A DNA stretch of 64,000 nucleotides, from NCBI RefSeq assembly GCF_009914755.1, contig NC_060931.1. One strand, given 5' to 3'. Every line of letters starts with the position of its first letter. The stretch's first letter is position 1. This document shows, in pieces, positions 17,621 to 32,097 of this stretch. A program made the position numbers and the translations under genes. The notes under the pieces were generated by a model. The model was not told where the DNA came from, did not search any database, and saw only the letters and a program-made list of their open reading frames with translations. The stretch comes from the human T2T-CHM13v2.0 reference genome, Homo sapiens.

Positions 17621-18894
17621 TAATAGATGCCAATAAGCCAGTTAACTAGGCTCCGGTTAATGGACATTTTATTGTTCCCCCCCTCCCGCCATGGTGCACA
17701 TGACCTTTCCTTAGAAGCATTTGTGATGCCTGAAAACATGTATCTGCTGCCTGGTAGCCAGAGGGCTTGCTCTGCTCTAGAAAACTTGTTCCCTAGCCCC
17801 GAGCTGCAGACCAGACCCAAATACTTTGATCATTCTGTCAGTGGGAAATTTACAGCAACATTCGGGCTTTTGTTCCATGTGTATTTCTCCAAATGTAATA
17901 TCTCCCTCAAGAAATCAATGATAAGCTGTTAAACTAAAGAGCATGGTAACATCCACAGAGCAGTAAATTAATGGTCTTTCGTGGATAGATGGTTACAGAT
18001 TTCATCATAAAAAATGGATAAAAGATTACATATCACACAGAGCGAAACTTTTAATAACTCAACATGACTTTTCTTAATGGGTTTTATTCATTTTAATCAT
18101 TATAGTGTCAATGATGATTATAGCCTTATTAGATTGTAGTGATTGAAGGGCCTGTTTATGAGATATTGAAAATCTCAGCCTGCTCAGAATAGCCTGGCGG
18201 CCTGTGTGGGTTTGATGTGTAACTTTATCTGAAGGAGCAGGGCTTGTCAGGAGACTTTCAATTAATACTTTTACTAAATTGCTCCTGTCTTTAGTGACCT
18301 AGGTCACAGATGACTTAGGGATTCCACAACATCAGCTTTCCCAAACAGTTGGGCTACAGCAGTGTAAATCAAAAGAGGTTGTGAGTGTGTGTGTTTAAAC
18401 GAAGGTAGGACTAGGAAAGGCCTCAAGTGAAGTGGCTTGAGTCCTTCTGTCTCACTTCGCAGCCAGGAGAGTCCTCTTTCTGCCTTACGATGCCTCACGA
18501 GAAAGGAGTTCTAATAACGGGATAAAAAGTTGGCCTCAAGAATCTGGAAGTTTCTCCGTTTTTCCCTCCATGTCTGGGCACATGATTAAAATAAAAATCA
18601 AGACTCCATTCATGATTAATAAGGTGCTATTTCAGAGAAATGCCCCAAAACCCAGTCATCCTAAAAAAGTTATTATAATAAAGGTGTCAATGTTCCTAAA
18701 TTCAAAATAATAATAATAATAAAACCTACAGATGAATACCTTCAGTGGGACCAAGATTATAGTGCCATCTATTTGATATCCTGATTTAGTATTGATTCTT
18801 TAGAATATCTATTTCCATTACAAATAAGTGTCACCTAAAAGTTATTCCAAATGTTTCACTATAATGGATGTCATCTGTAATAGGCCTTTGAGAA

Positions 18895-19100
18895 GCAGTG
18901 TGGTGTGTCATGGTGTTACAGGAGACCTGGGTATAAATTTGGGCTACTTCCTTTACCAGCAGTATGTTTTGGGACAGGTGACTTGAATTGTCATAGCCTC
19001 CATTTCTTCATCAGTAGAAATGGGAATAATGATAATACCCATTTTACCTGTCTCCTTTGTAGGGTGACTAACAGAATCAAATGAGTTCACATTTGTGCTG
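18895..19100 (+). mobile_element. MIR SINE
   Basis: gcctccatttcttcatcagtagaaatgggaataatgataatacc core. Confidence 0.7.
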
Positions 19101-19949
19101 AAAAAACTCTGTTTTCAAGTGAATCTTTAGAATGTCACTAAGATCCAGGAGCCAGGTGATGTGGCTTTTAAAAATACAGGGTTCAGTGTTAGATAGAAAA
19201 TATCAAGTGATTTGATGAAAATCTGGAAAAGTCAAATTCAATTGAAGTCTAAGTGATTAGGTCCCAAATATTTGAGAATAGAATAATAAAAGTCAAAAGG
19301 AATCTAGCAGAGCTTTTTTTTTTTTTTTTGCTTTTTTAGTAGGGAGAAGTGGATATTTGAATGTAAAAAGATAGTGCAAGCCAGTAGGAATGGCTTGGGA
19401 AATGCCATACTGTATGGACAAGTGGTCTGTCTCCGTCTGTCAGATGGGCATAGCTGAGAATCAATCTCAGTCCAGACCTTAGCACAGGAGAAGGGAGATA
19501 ATCACGGGTGGGGGAAGCCCTGGAATTCAGAAGGGAAGAGAAAGGGAAAGAAATGGGGGTAGAGGAAGGACAGTGGCTTACGCCCAAGCTGGAGAAAACG
19601 CACAAAATTAAAGGGAACCAAGGGTTGGAGAGGGGGGCAGCTGGTAAGTGGGAACTGAATGGAGTCCATCTATGACAAGGAAGCACACAGCAGGGAGGAG
19701 GTGCGGTAGGGAAAGAACATGACCATGACCTTGGGATCCCACAACCCTGGTCCAGTCTTTTTCTACCACCCTCACGATGGCCCCCCAGCTGCCAGCCCCA
19801 CTCAGTATCCACTCACCACTAAGGACATGCCCTGTGGAGTCAGTCACATTTATATCTGCTTGGGGTAGATATAATCTATGGAGTGGTTGCAGATACTCAG
19901 ATAATCTCAAAATTTAATTCCCTCGGTCCACAGACTTCTATTCTTGATC

Positions 19950-20855
19950 TACACACTCTCCCTGGGATAGTCAAGGCTAAGCTTCTCTACACAGCCTTTC
20001 AGTCCCCCAACTTTCTCCCTGGGTCCAGACATAACTTTCTAACTGCCTTGCTGGTCATCTTTGCTTAGACATATCCTGAACCTACCTTGTTCTCATCAAA
20101 CCTGTTCCTCCTCCTGAGTTCCATACCTTGGTTAATTACACATCCACTGGCCCAGGTCACCAATTTTTGAGTCATCTTCCACTCTGTGTGCTTTACTCCC
20201 CAAATCCAATCAATCACTAAGCCCTGTCAATTCTAATTCCTTAGTGCGCTGGTTTTAAAATATATCCACAAATTCTTTGACCCTTCTCCTATTGATAGGT
20301 GCGTCTGTATTTCTTCCCCTGGAAACTAGACTTTTATGACTGTTTTGACTAATAGAATTTGGCGAAAGTGAAACCATGTAACTTCCAAGAGGCGACTTAG
20401 CCTCCACCTTGCTCCTTGGAACGCTTGTGCCTTGGAGCCACGAGGCTTCCATGTTGTAGAGAAGCCCAAACCAGCACATGTGGTGAAACCACATAGAGAG
20501 GCCCCGGGACTACATGAAGAGAGAGAGATGGTTGGCTAGGTCCCAGCTACTCTGCCCCTCTGCTGACTACCTGGCTTCAACCATCATTTGACTACTACTA
20601 TGATAGACCCTGCCTAGAAAACCACCTAACTGAATGGTCCCCAAGTTTCTGACCACAGAGATAATGAGATATGATAAAATGATGGTTAATTGTTTTAAGC
20701 TACTAAGTTCTGGGGAAAATGTAACATAGCAAAAGTAACTGGAACATTTACCATCCATCCCCTTTTCACTACCACCTTAGGTTGGGCCCTCATCAGCTTG
20801 CCCAGCCAGTGGCTGGCACACAGGAGGCCCAATCAGTGCTCTGGCTGAATGAAAG
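19950..20855 (+). mobile_element. L2 fragments flanking an MLT1 LTR
   Basis: atccaatcaatcactaagccctgtcaattcta; 3' end ctggcacacaggaggccc...gaatgaa. Confidence 0.6.
20252..20746 (+). mobile_element. MLT1 (G/H-like) MaLR LTR
   Basis: ccacaaattctttgac start; ends ttttaagctactaagttctgggg...atagcaaaagtaactggaaca. Confidence 0.8.
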
Positions 20856-22327
20856 TCAACTTTATGACAGCAGGCTTTGCGGACGAGATTAGGACCTTAA
20901 ATCTAGTTAGGTTAGAATTTTGTGGCAATAGATTTCTCCCTGCTGTTATAAAACTGCCGATGTGACCCAGATGAATTCGAGAACTAGCATGAGATCCATG
21001 CCTCCCTCAGAAATAAAACATGAAAGGGAAGAGAAAAGATTTAAAAATAAGCATTATCAAGTGCTGTAAGTGATTGGTTTAGAGTTGGTGCAGATCTTTT
21101 TCTTTTTTTCACCAAAATTTATTCTGTCTTGTTAGTTGAAATCAATTCAGTCATTTGAGTCTTTTTCCCAAAAGGGCAAAACAAAGATTGTCTTATGTTT
21201 TTCTTTTCATGACTGGATGTTACCCAGTTTTAGTTGGAGACATTTTGGTTTTAACTTCTCTTAATCCTTGGACAACACTAAAATGATCCAGAGAGATTCT
21301 GATTTATACATTCAGTGAGAAACAGCCTTCCAATTCTTATAGCCTTTTAAATGTTCCATTTTTCAATTTTATCTATTGGAATGCAAAATTTCAGCCCTTT
21401 TATAAATTGCCTATTAATATTTAATTTCTTACATCATTGTATTGTTACCAGATAACCACAATTGCTACATGGAACAGTAACAGAAGATGCATTAACTATC
21501 AATTGAGGAGGACACAAATAGATAGCAAAGCTAATATACATGAAAAACAGTCTGTCAAGCAACGTCGGCCTCAATGAGCATGAATTTACAGTCGCGTACA
21601 GTAGCCACAATGATTCTCATTGTTGATTCATCCTCTGATTACTCTGTTTGCACCACAGACAAAATAGTCTAAATGAACACCAGGATAATAAGTGAACTAT
21701 CTATCATCTCTTTTATTTTTATTCCAAGCTAGGAGAATTGGCAGAAAGAGAACAGTAAATGGAGATTCCTGCTGGTTCTGTGTCATAGGACCCTTTTAAA
21801 ACACGGAAGGCACTGTGAATTATTTAAGACAGAGAATAGAAAGCAGGACTTTGCAATTTTACTGAAGCTTTATGTCACATTCTTACCTGCACTCCAACCA
21901 CAGTAATCTCACACTACAGGGTTTTTGGGTTATTGTTCAAAAACGATCAGTACAAGTACATTTTATGTCAGTAAAACAGAATGGCGAAGTCAGGAAATAG
22001 AGAAATGGTCAAAAAACAGGCATTGCAGATGCAGACTGGAACTCAGAGGAATAGTTTCGGTTAATCAGAGAATCACAGACTCCTTTAAGTGATTTTGCCT
22101 GTTTGACATCTCTGTTGGAGGTCCTACAGGTATATTCAACTCACCATATTTAAGATAGGCTTACTCTTATAGTCTTCCCTAACATTCTATAACAAGACTA
22201 AACTAACCCTGTTCCTTTTCATCTTGATCTTCTTTTTTGCCTAATGGCACCATAATTTCCCCCCGTACTCGGGTTCAAAACCTGACTTCCTGTTTCTCTG
22301 TCCACGTACCACAGCCAATTGTTGCTA

Positions 22328-23480
<1,153 letters not shown>

Positions 23481-23669
23481 CCCAGCCCTGTGGATTCTTC
23501 CTCCACGGTGATTCTTGATTCTATGTTGTTTCCATTTGCCGGCCTCCCCTTTCTTCAGACTTCATTTCTTTTTGTGTGGTCAAGGAGAGTAAGTGCCTGC
23601 AATGGTTCTCATGCCACCTTCATCTTCTCCTTACCCTCATCCGCCCTACTCCCTGATATCAGATTACTC

Positions 23670-23870
23670 TTATTAATAACAATAAAAAGTACAGCTTATG
23701 TGATATCTGTTAGGTGCCAGGTACTTTATATACACTATCTTTAATTCTCACAGTCACCTAGGAAGTAGGTATTAATACCATTGTATAGATGAGGAAACAA
23801 GGACTCAGTGCTTATGTGACTTGTCGAAGGTCACAAAGTTACCACGTGACAGCCACAGGATTCAAGCTTA
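23670..23870 (-). mobile_element. MIR SINE
   Basis: ccattgtatagatgaggaaacaagg core. Confidence 0.75.
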
Positions 23871-26800
23871 GCTCCTCCTGTTCTCATTCGGCTTGGAGCA
23901 TGTGGCCTCTCTGTACTGTAAAACAGCTTCTCTCATTGCTTCCAGAAAAAAACAATTAAAACCTTTTGCCCTCAACAGTAAGATGCCGGCCTCTGCCTGT
24001 CACCTTTCCTGTGTGTATACCCTACAATCTAGCCAAATCAAACCCTTGGTGGTCCTTGAATATGACACATCTTCCTTTGGTGTGGAACCTTTCCCTCCAC
24101 AGTAAGCCCTTCTCTACTTTCTGGAACCCTCAAATGCCTATTTCACACACCACTCCCATAGTCTCCCAGATGGATGTAACAGCTCCTTCTAAAGCCCCCC
24201 AAAGCATTTCAGTTTTGCTATAAGAGATCACAGCACTTCCTGGACTTCCTTTTATTAAGGAACATGGGCACTCATCTTTAAATTGTTGCAATTGTCTCAT
24301 TGTACATGTAGTTTGCTTATTCCATTTACTGTCATAGACTGACTTTTTCCATACTTCTGCATTGTCAATAATTTTCACATTGAACAGTTACATGACATTT
24401 TATTTTACTGACATAGCTGATTTAAATATTTCTCTGCAGTTAGACTTTTCTGGTTTCAGTTTTTGTTTGTGTTGTTGTTGTTTGCTACTGTTAAAAGTCA
24501 GGATTGGAGAGAACATTTTTGGAATATAGAATTATTTCTTCTATGTAATTATTTCCTCTGGACAAAACTCTAGAAGTGGCATTACTAAATCAAAGTGCAT
24601 GGACATTTTATTACTCATATAACTCTGCTGCTTTCCAAAAGTTTGCATAATTTACATTGCAACTAATAGTACATAATTGTACTAGTTTCATCTTGCAGCA
24701 TTGGATGATATTATTTAATTTTTCAGTTTTTGCCATCCCTTTGATTTTTTTTTTTTTTTGAGATTGACAAGTCTTTTGATTAGAGCCAGGGGAAAGGAGG
24801 AAAACCAGATAAATTATGTGAATAAGATTGCTTAAAAATTCTAATTTTAAGATGAATGATGAAGAAAGGATACATGAAGAGAAAAATCTATGACTAATTT
24901 GGTACAAATTGTAAAAATAATTTGATAATAAATGTATCAAAGTCTTCAAACCCATGTAACTATTACCTGACAACAAGGTTTAGTTGGATGATTGGCTGAA
25001 GATTTGCAGATGCAAATATTACCACTATGCCAGATGTGTAATTGGACAGTCACTGCCAATTAAACAAGACAGGAAATTAAAAGAGTCTAAGAGATAATTC
25101 ATTCTCCAAATTAGTAACTCAATTGGTCAAAATTACAATACCTGTTGAAGTTACTTTAAATTATACTCTAATAGTAATTAGAGGCTTTGCCTCATGTTCT
25201 ATGAAATATTTCCATTTGCTGATGAAGTACTAAGGGACTGGTAATTTAGGCAAATAAATGATGATTGCCTGATCAAAGTCATTAAATTAATATAAAATGT
25301 AATGGTAGTAAATTCTCTGATAAAAGAAAACGGTTTAAAATCTCTATAGGGAGGTAGCCAAAAATATATTCTGCAAATATTTGGATACATTTTCATACGG
25401 TCCAGCAACCCATTCCATTTTGCAGATTGACTTGATAGGTTCATAGACCCATCTTTTTTCTTTTACTATGGCAATAAGTAATTGTGTCTATTCCATGCCT
25501 TTGTCATACCTAATTGCCACTTTATTGTTCCCGAAGGGCAACTGGACGAAGACTTGTAAAAAGCTGAAATTAAAATGACTAATAAGGATTAAAAGAAGAA
25601 ACCCAGAGGTTGCGGAGCCTGTTGAAGCCTGATGCTATTTCCTAGAGTTATATTTTAAGGTAGTTAACTATAGGTCTCATAATCACACTTTGTTGAGAGA
25701 GTAATTGTGCTTTCTTGAGATCTATACTTTAAGAACCATATATTTGCCTTCATTGTGACATAAGGAGCATGTTCTGAGTCTCAGATACCTTTTGCCAAAC
25801 GTTCAAATCCAACACTGTCATTCATTAGAAAGGAAAAATTGTCCTGATATAGAGCAGGATCCACAAAGGAAAATGAATCTGAAACAGACAGTTGCTTTAC
25901 ACACTGGGAATTCCACTTAATATGCAGCACTTGGAATGTGATAAGATTTCTGGCATCTTTTTAATTGTGTCCTGGTTGCTTTATAGAAAAGATTATGTCC
26001 CAGTCTATGTACCTGTGAAGAGAGGTATCTGGGGAGCACTCATTTTTCACTAACAAGGAACATTTTAAGTACCTACTAATTGCAAGACAAGTTCTGCACC
26101 AATGATGCTTTGGGATAGATGAATAATTCGGCTACCTTGAACAAAAGATATAGTCAGGTTTTTTTTTTGGTTTGTTTCCAGACCTCTGGAACATGTAAAC
26201 GTTGCCTAAAAGTATAACACTCTATTGCTGCAAAAGCAATGTAAAAATTAAACATAATTTTTGGAATTTTTTTAACAAAGCAAGTTTCTCCTGGATGCTG
26301 GGTAGGAGCACCTAGGAAGGAGGCTGTCAATTTCTGGGTGTAGAACTTACGAAGAGTTAGTGAATCGGAACCATAATCAGTGCAATTCCAGTTGGTCTGC
26401 CTCAAGTAAAACACAAAATCGTATTTTAAAGGGGTGAGTAGATGCTTTAAAAATATTTTCAAAATAAGTGTTCTGAATGTCAGTTTGGTTTCTGAGTTAA
26501 ATTGCCTCTAAATGACCCAGTTCTAAAGTCACATTTCAAAGCTTTGGGAAACCCTGTCTGGGGCCTGTCTAGACCTCAGAATTGGCCTGGTTTGTTTTAA
26601 AGTTTCAGCGAGGGCTGGCCTGCTGGGTTTGCCTATTTCCAGGGCAGAGGCATGTGTGAGACGTGATGCAGATTTCCAAGGTACTGTTTTGTTTTGTTTT
26701 TTCATTATACTCTGTATGAAAAAATAATTTTAAAAAGTGATATCATGGTATATGTCATTTATATGTCATGGAAATTGCATCCTTCTTTGGCTTTGGAGCT

Positions 26801-28039
26801 TCTTAAGTGAAAAGGGTCAAAGTGGTGGATCCCAACCGATGATCCAGTGGCTTTGATCCAGTGGCATCAGAGAGCTGGATTCTACTCTGACACCATAACT
26901 AACCCACTGTGGAAATCTGGAAACTCAGCCTCTCTGGACTTCACTTCTAAAATGAGGCATTTGGAATATAAACTCTCTATAGTCTTTTTGATTCTTTGCC
27001 TCTATGATATTACAAAGAGTGCTAGCAGCTTTTCTAAATTTTATTGTATGCTATATATTTTTCTGGAAAACAAATAAAAAATTCAGCACTAATTATATAC
27101 TGGGTAAAGCTAAAACTTAGAATGAACTTAGCAGCTGGGCAGTCATGAGTTAGTAAATAAAGGTTTATGGAGACTCAGAATCTCATGCAATTGGGGCACT
27201 GAGTCAGGTGAGGTTGTTCATTTGTCACAATTGCTGTGATAAAATATTCAAACTAAATATACACTTTTAAAACATAGACATGCTTTGGTTTTTTTTTTTA
27301 AATAGAATTTTGGAAAATACTAGAAACATTGGTCAAATCAATTAGCTCATACCTTAGCAGTTCTGTGTTGCATGCACTTGACAGGGTGGAACATTCCTAA
27401 ATAGGTATATTTAAGCCCCCGTCAAGGCTGGATTGTGTAATGGTCTGGCATATGTGACTTCTATGTTTCTTTAATTACTGCTTCATGCAGCACCTGCATT
27501 AAAAGTGGAACACTGTGGGTCTAGTGAGCCTACCTCACACTGAAGGGATGGAGGGGATCACTCATGTCTGTTGCATGATCCTTTCGAGTTGGACAAAGCA
27601 AATGGGTCAGTCACTGGGGGGCTGCAGCAGTGTGCATCATACTGGACCCTGTCATTCCAGCCAACAGAGGTATCCCCTCAACAGCAAAAGCCATTCACAC
27701 AGCAGCAGTGAGCAAGGAGGCTCACTGCACACCATGATGCTAATACTTCTGAGATCTCCATCATAATGTGCGTGGCTCTCACTGTGTGAGAATATAGCCT
27801 CATCTAAAGAGAGACAGACTGGCAGTCTTCACTTAGGGAAGATGAGAAGAAGTTTATTCAGGTAATTAAGAAAGGCCACTCTTTCACCTTGAATATTAAA
27901 CAGACTCATTGGCTAATTGTTAAATTCTCTTCTTATAGACTAATTTGGTGGTATGAATTTTCTCTCAAAATGTATCCTTGAAACTCTGTCTCATCAAAGA
28001 ATTGACTTAAGGGTGAATGAAATCTGTGAGAGTAGTGTT

Positions 28040-28286
28040 TCACTTTTTGTAAAAAATTGTGAAATTCACATAACACAACAACCATTTTAAAGTGTACAAT
28101 TCAGTGGAATTCAGTGCATTCACAATGTAGTGCAGTGACCACCTCCCTTTAGTTTCAAAACATTGTTATCACCCCAAAAGAACACCCCATAACCCACTGA
28201 GTAGTTACCCCCACTTACCCCTTCCCTCATTTCCTGGCAACCATGAATTTACTTTCTGTCTCTGTGGATTTGTCTGTTCTGGACAT
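28040..28286 (-). mobile_element. L1MB 3' end fragment
   Basis: ccattttaaagtgtacaattcagtgg...cctggcaaccatgaatttactttctgtctctgtggatttg...ttctggacat. Confidence 0.85.
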
Positions 28287-29746
28287 GTGTTATATTTTGA
28301 GAAGCTGCTTTTACTCCAAGGTACTCAACTCCTAAAGGATGTGAAGGAAGAGAGCATGCACCAGCGGCCCTGTGATTATCAAGTATCTACCTGTTGGGAC
28401 CTCCTGCTTCCTGTACCCATGAGGTACAACCACCTTCAGACCACAACAGGCTGTCGACCAGCTCCAGGAAGGCTGCCTGGCACCCCAGCACAGGAGGGAA
28501 GAATGATGTCCATTTAGAGTTCCAGGAAAGGCATAAGTAGGGCTGAATAAAATGATTTTAGTTGGAATTTGGCCACATTCAAGGGCTAATTAATGGGGAT
28601 TATGAACAAAGTGAGGAATGTGCTCTTGGCTGCCACTGAGTTATCAATGTAGTAAAGTATGGCCTGCGAGTTTCCTAACCTCTGTAGAAGGACGCCCTTG
28701 GGCTCTATCCAACATATTGAACTTGTTAAGTGCTGAAGAAAGCTGGACTCTTGGAAAAGGATGTGGAGTCTTTTATTCACGCACTGGACGATTGGTGCTT
28801 AAATCTGCGGGAACCTGGACACGTGATGTTTAATCTTAAATCTCACAGGGAAGTGGTTTGGTTAGCGCACACGGTTAGGATGCCATTCTGAGGCTTCAAA
28901 AAGCAATGGAGGAGATCATCTACCTGTTCCCTTTCCTAATTTGGACAGTTACCAATCTTACAGTTGAAGTGAAAATATTAATATTTCTAGACACCTGCAA
29001 AATGAGAAAAAAACTGTGGATTGAGTAGCTCTGCAGGCTTCTTTCTCTCTCTCTCACTCTCTTTTTTTTTAGGAACCTGAGATCTGAGAGGCTTGTTTCT
29101 TCATTAAGTATTCTACAAACCTGAGAACTCTAGAAATGCTAGCTGGGAAGAGAAAGACAAAATGGGGAAAATAACAAAAAATGGAAAAATCTTTCTCCCC
29201 ACAGACATCATTTTTCAGTGAGTGAAAAAAGTTTCCAAATATCTGTCTGTTTCAGAATCCATTTAGGCAATCTTAATCATCTCAACTCCGTTTCCTTATT
29301 ATTCTAGAGCCTAGTCATTTTTTCCCCTCTAGAGTTAAGTTGCACTGCATATAGAAATGCATGGGTTTTATCCAAAACTTGTGATTTATTTTAGGTGGGT
29401 TCTTTCTTTACTCACATAAAGTAGCATTATGCATAAAAATTTAAAAATTTCCAACCCATGATTTTTTAAAAAGTAACTTGCCTCCCCCACTGAAGTAATG
29501 TCCAGATAATACAATAAATAAAAACTCTATTCTTTGCCATCTAGCTTTTAAAATTGGGCAAGAGTGAGCGTTTACTGAAATTTGCTCCATTGCATAGAGC
29601 ATAAATACTGTTTTAAGAGAAAAATGGGAAGATCTAAGCAAATGGGGATGTAGTCTGTTTTTCTGCTCTTGAATTGGAGGAGCTATTTTGCATTTCCTCA
29701 AAATCTAGAAGTAACTGGGGCAGGCTGGGATTACTATGTGTTGGGC

Positions 29747-29824
29747 AAGAGGGTGAGGAAGAGGAGGAGGGAGAAGAAATGAAGAGGAGGAAATGGAAGA
29801 AAGAAAAAGGGAGGAGGAGGGAAA
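29747..29824. repeat. Polypurine (GA-rich) tract
   Basis: gaggaagaggaggagggagaagaaa...; almost purine-only. Confidence 0.85.
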
Positions 29825-30401
29825 TGGCTCTCTAGAGGGACTTCCCTAAGCAAGGCCAGGGCAGTGCAGGTAATAAGTATCTGAATACAGAAGAGCTTAT
29901 TGGCGGTTTGTGACCAACTCCCTCACTGGGCATCCCTCCAGGTAGGGGTTTAGTGGAAGGCAGAGTTTCATGGGTGCGCAACTTGGGCAGTGGCACAGTC
30001 TGGTGCTCAGAAGGCCCACACTCAGTGTAAGGCTCTGCTGTCATCATCTTGAAATTCTTACTAATCTTATTTTTGAACTTGTGTTCTGTACATAAAGTCT
30101 GATGGGACACGGAACACATACATGAGCAGAGAAGACATTTGCAATATTCATGTTTCCTGTTCCTTATCACCTCATTTGCATAAAGAACCCATGATGCTTA
30201 ATAAGCACAAAATTTCAGCGGTCCCACAATGCATGAGAATTCAACAAGACTCAAAAAGACTAAGTGTAAAAAAAAGGGAAGCGTCTGATGCCTACAACTG
30301 AGTAAGCAGGGCAGCAGAAAGCCCCAAGAGGCCATGCTTTCCATTAGAAGACGTGCTTTCCAGAATTTGCTTCAAATGCAGGAAGAAGTAGTGGAATTCT
30401 A

Positions 30402-30763
<362 letters not shown>

Positions 30764-31004
30764 TCATGTTGCTTCCCTGTAATAGTCACCACTTACACTG
30801 AAAAAGATGACATAAAAGGAAAGGGAAAGATAGGGCAAATCATAGTTTCCTTTCCTTTCAGATCCCCCTTGCTTATCAGTAAGCCGAAGGTAGAGAGGGT
30901 TGATAGCATATGCACTTATCAAGCAGTGAAAGAAGACAAGCTGAGCTTGTTTTGTGCAGAATATTTACTGTTCTGGTGAGAACAAAATACATATGCATGT
31001 ATGA

Positions 31005-31406
<402 letters not shown>

Positions 31407-31764
31407 GAATGGTAAAATTCATGCTAATAATTTTAACTTAAAATTTTTCTTTAGTACAACATCACATAGCAAATAAGAACACATCATGACAACTAGGGAA
31501 GAAAGGAAAAACCTTTATAATTTAGTATCTTTAACGGTATTTCCCCCTGCTTTTTGAACAAGGGGTCCCACATTTTCACTTTGCACTGGGCCCCACAAAT
31601 TCTATAGCTGGCCTAGGGGAAGGTGTGCAGGTGTGGTGCTGGAGCCAGGCGGAAGGTTGGGGGCTGGAATTGTAAAGCTTATCTGGTTACATTTAAAAAA
31701 CAACTCTGAGTACCTTGATAAGGTATTTCTTTCTTTTTTCTTAATAATTTCTCTTAAAACCAAA

Positions 31765-32097
31765 TAATACGGTTTGGCTGTGTCTCCACCCAAATCTTAC
31801 CTTGAATTCCCACATATTGTGGATGGGACCCAGTGGAAGGTAATTGAATCATGGGGGCAAGTCTTTCCTGTGCTAGTCTCGCGATAGTGAATAAGTCTCA
31901 CGAGATCTGACAATTTTAAAAAGAAGAGTTCCCCTGCGCAAGTTTTGTTTCTTTGCCTCCTGCAGTCTGTGCCTTCCACCATGATCATGAGGCTTCCCCA
32001 GCCACACAGAACTGTAAGTCCAATTAAACCTCTTTCTTTTGTAAATTGCCCAGTCTCAGGTATGTCTTTATCAGGAGCGTGAAAACAGACTGATAAA
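31765..32097 (+). mobile_element. THE1 (A/B-like) MaLR solo LTR
   Basis: ggtttggctgtgtctccacccaaatc...gtaaattgcccagtctcaggtatgtctttatc; 5-bp TSD ccaaa at 31760-31764 and 32098-32102. Confidence 0.92.

Noticed and set aside
19336-19910. 158-aa and 100-aa minus-strand ORFs
   Set aside because: Pro/Ser/Leu-rich translation of purine-biased sequence, with no splice or homology support that I can recognise
25656-25676. aaggtagttaactataggtc resembles pieces of the I-CeuI/23S rRNA site
   Set aside because: The sub-words are in the wrong order and there is no flanking rRNA or vector sequence; chance similarity
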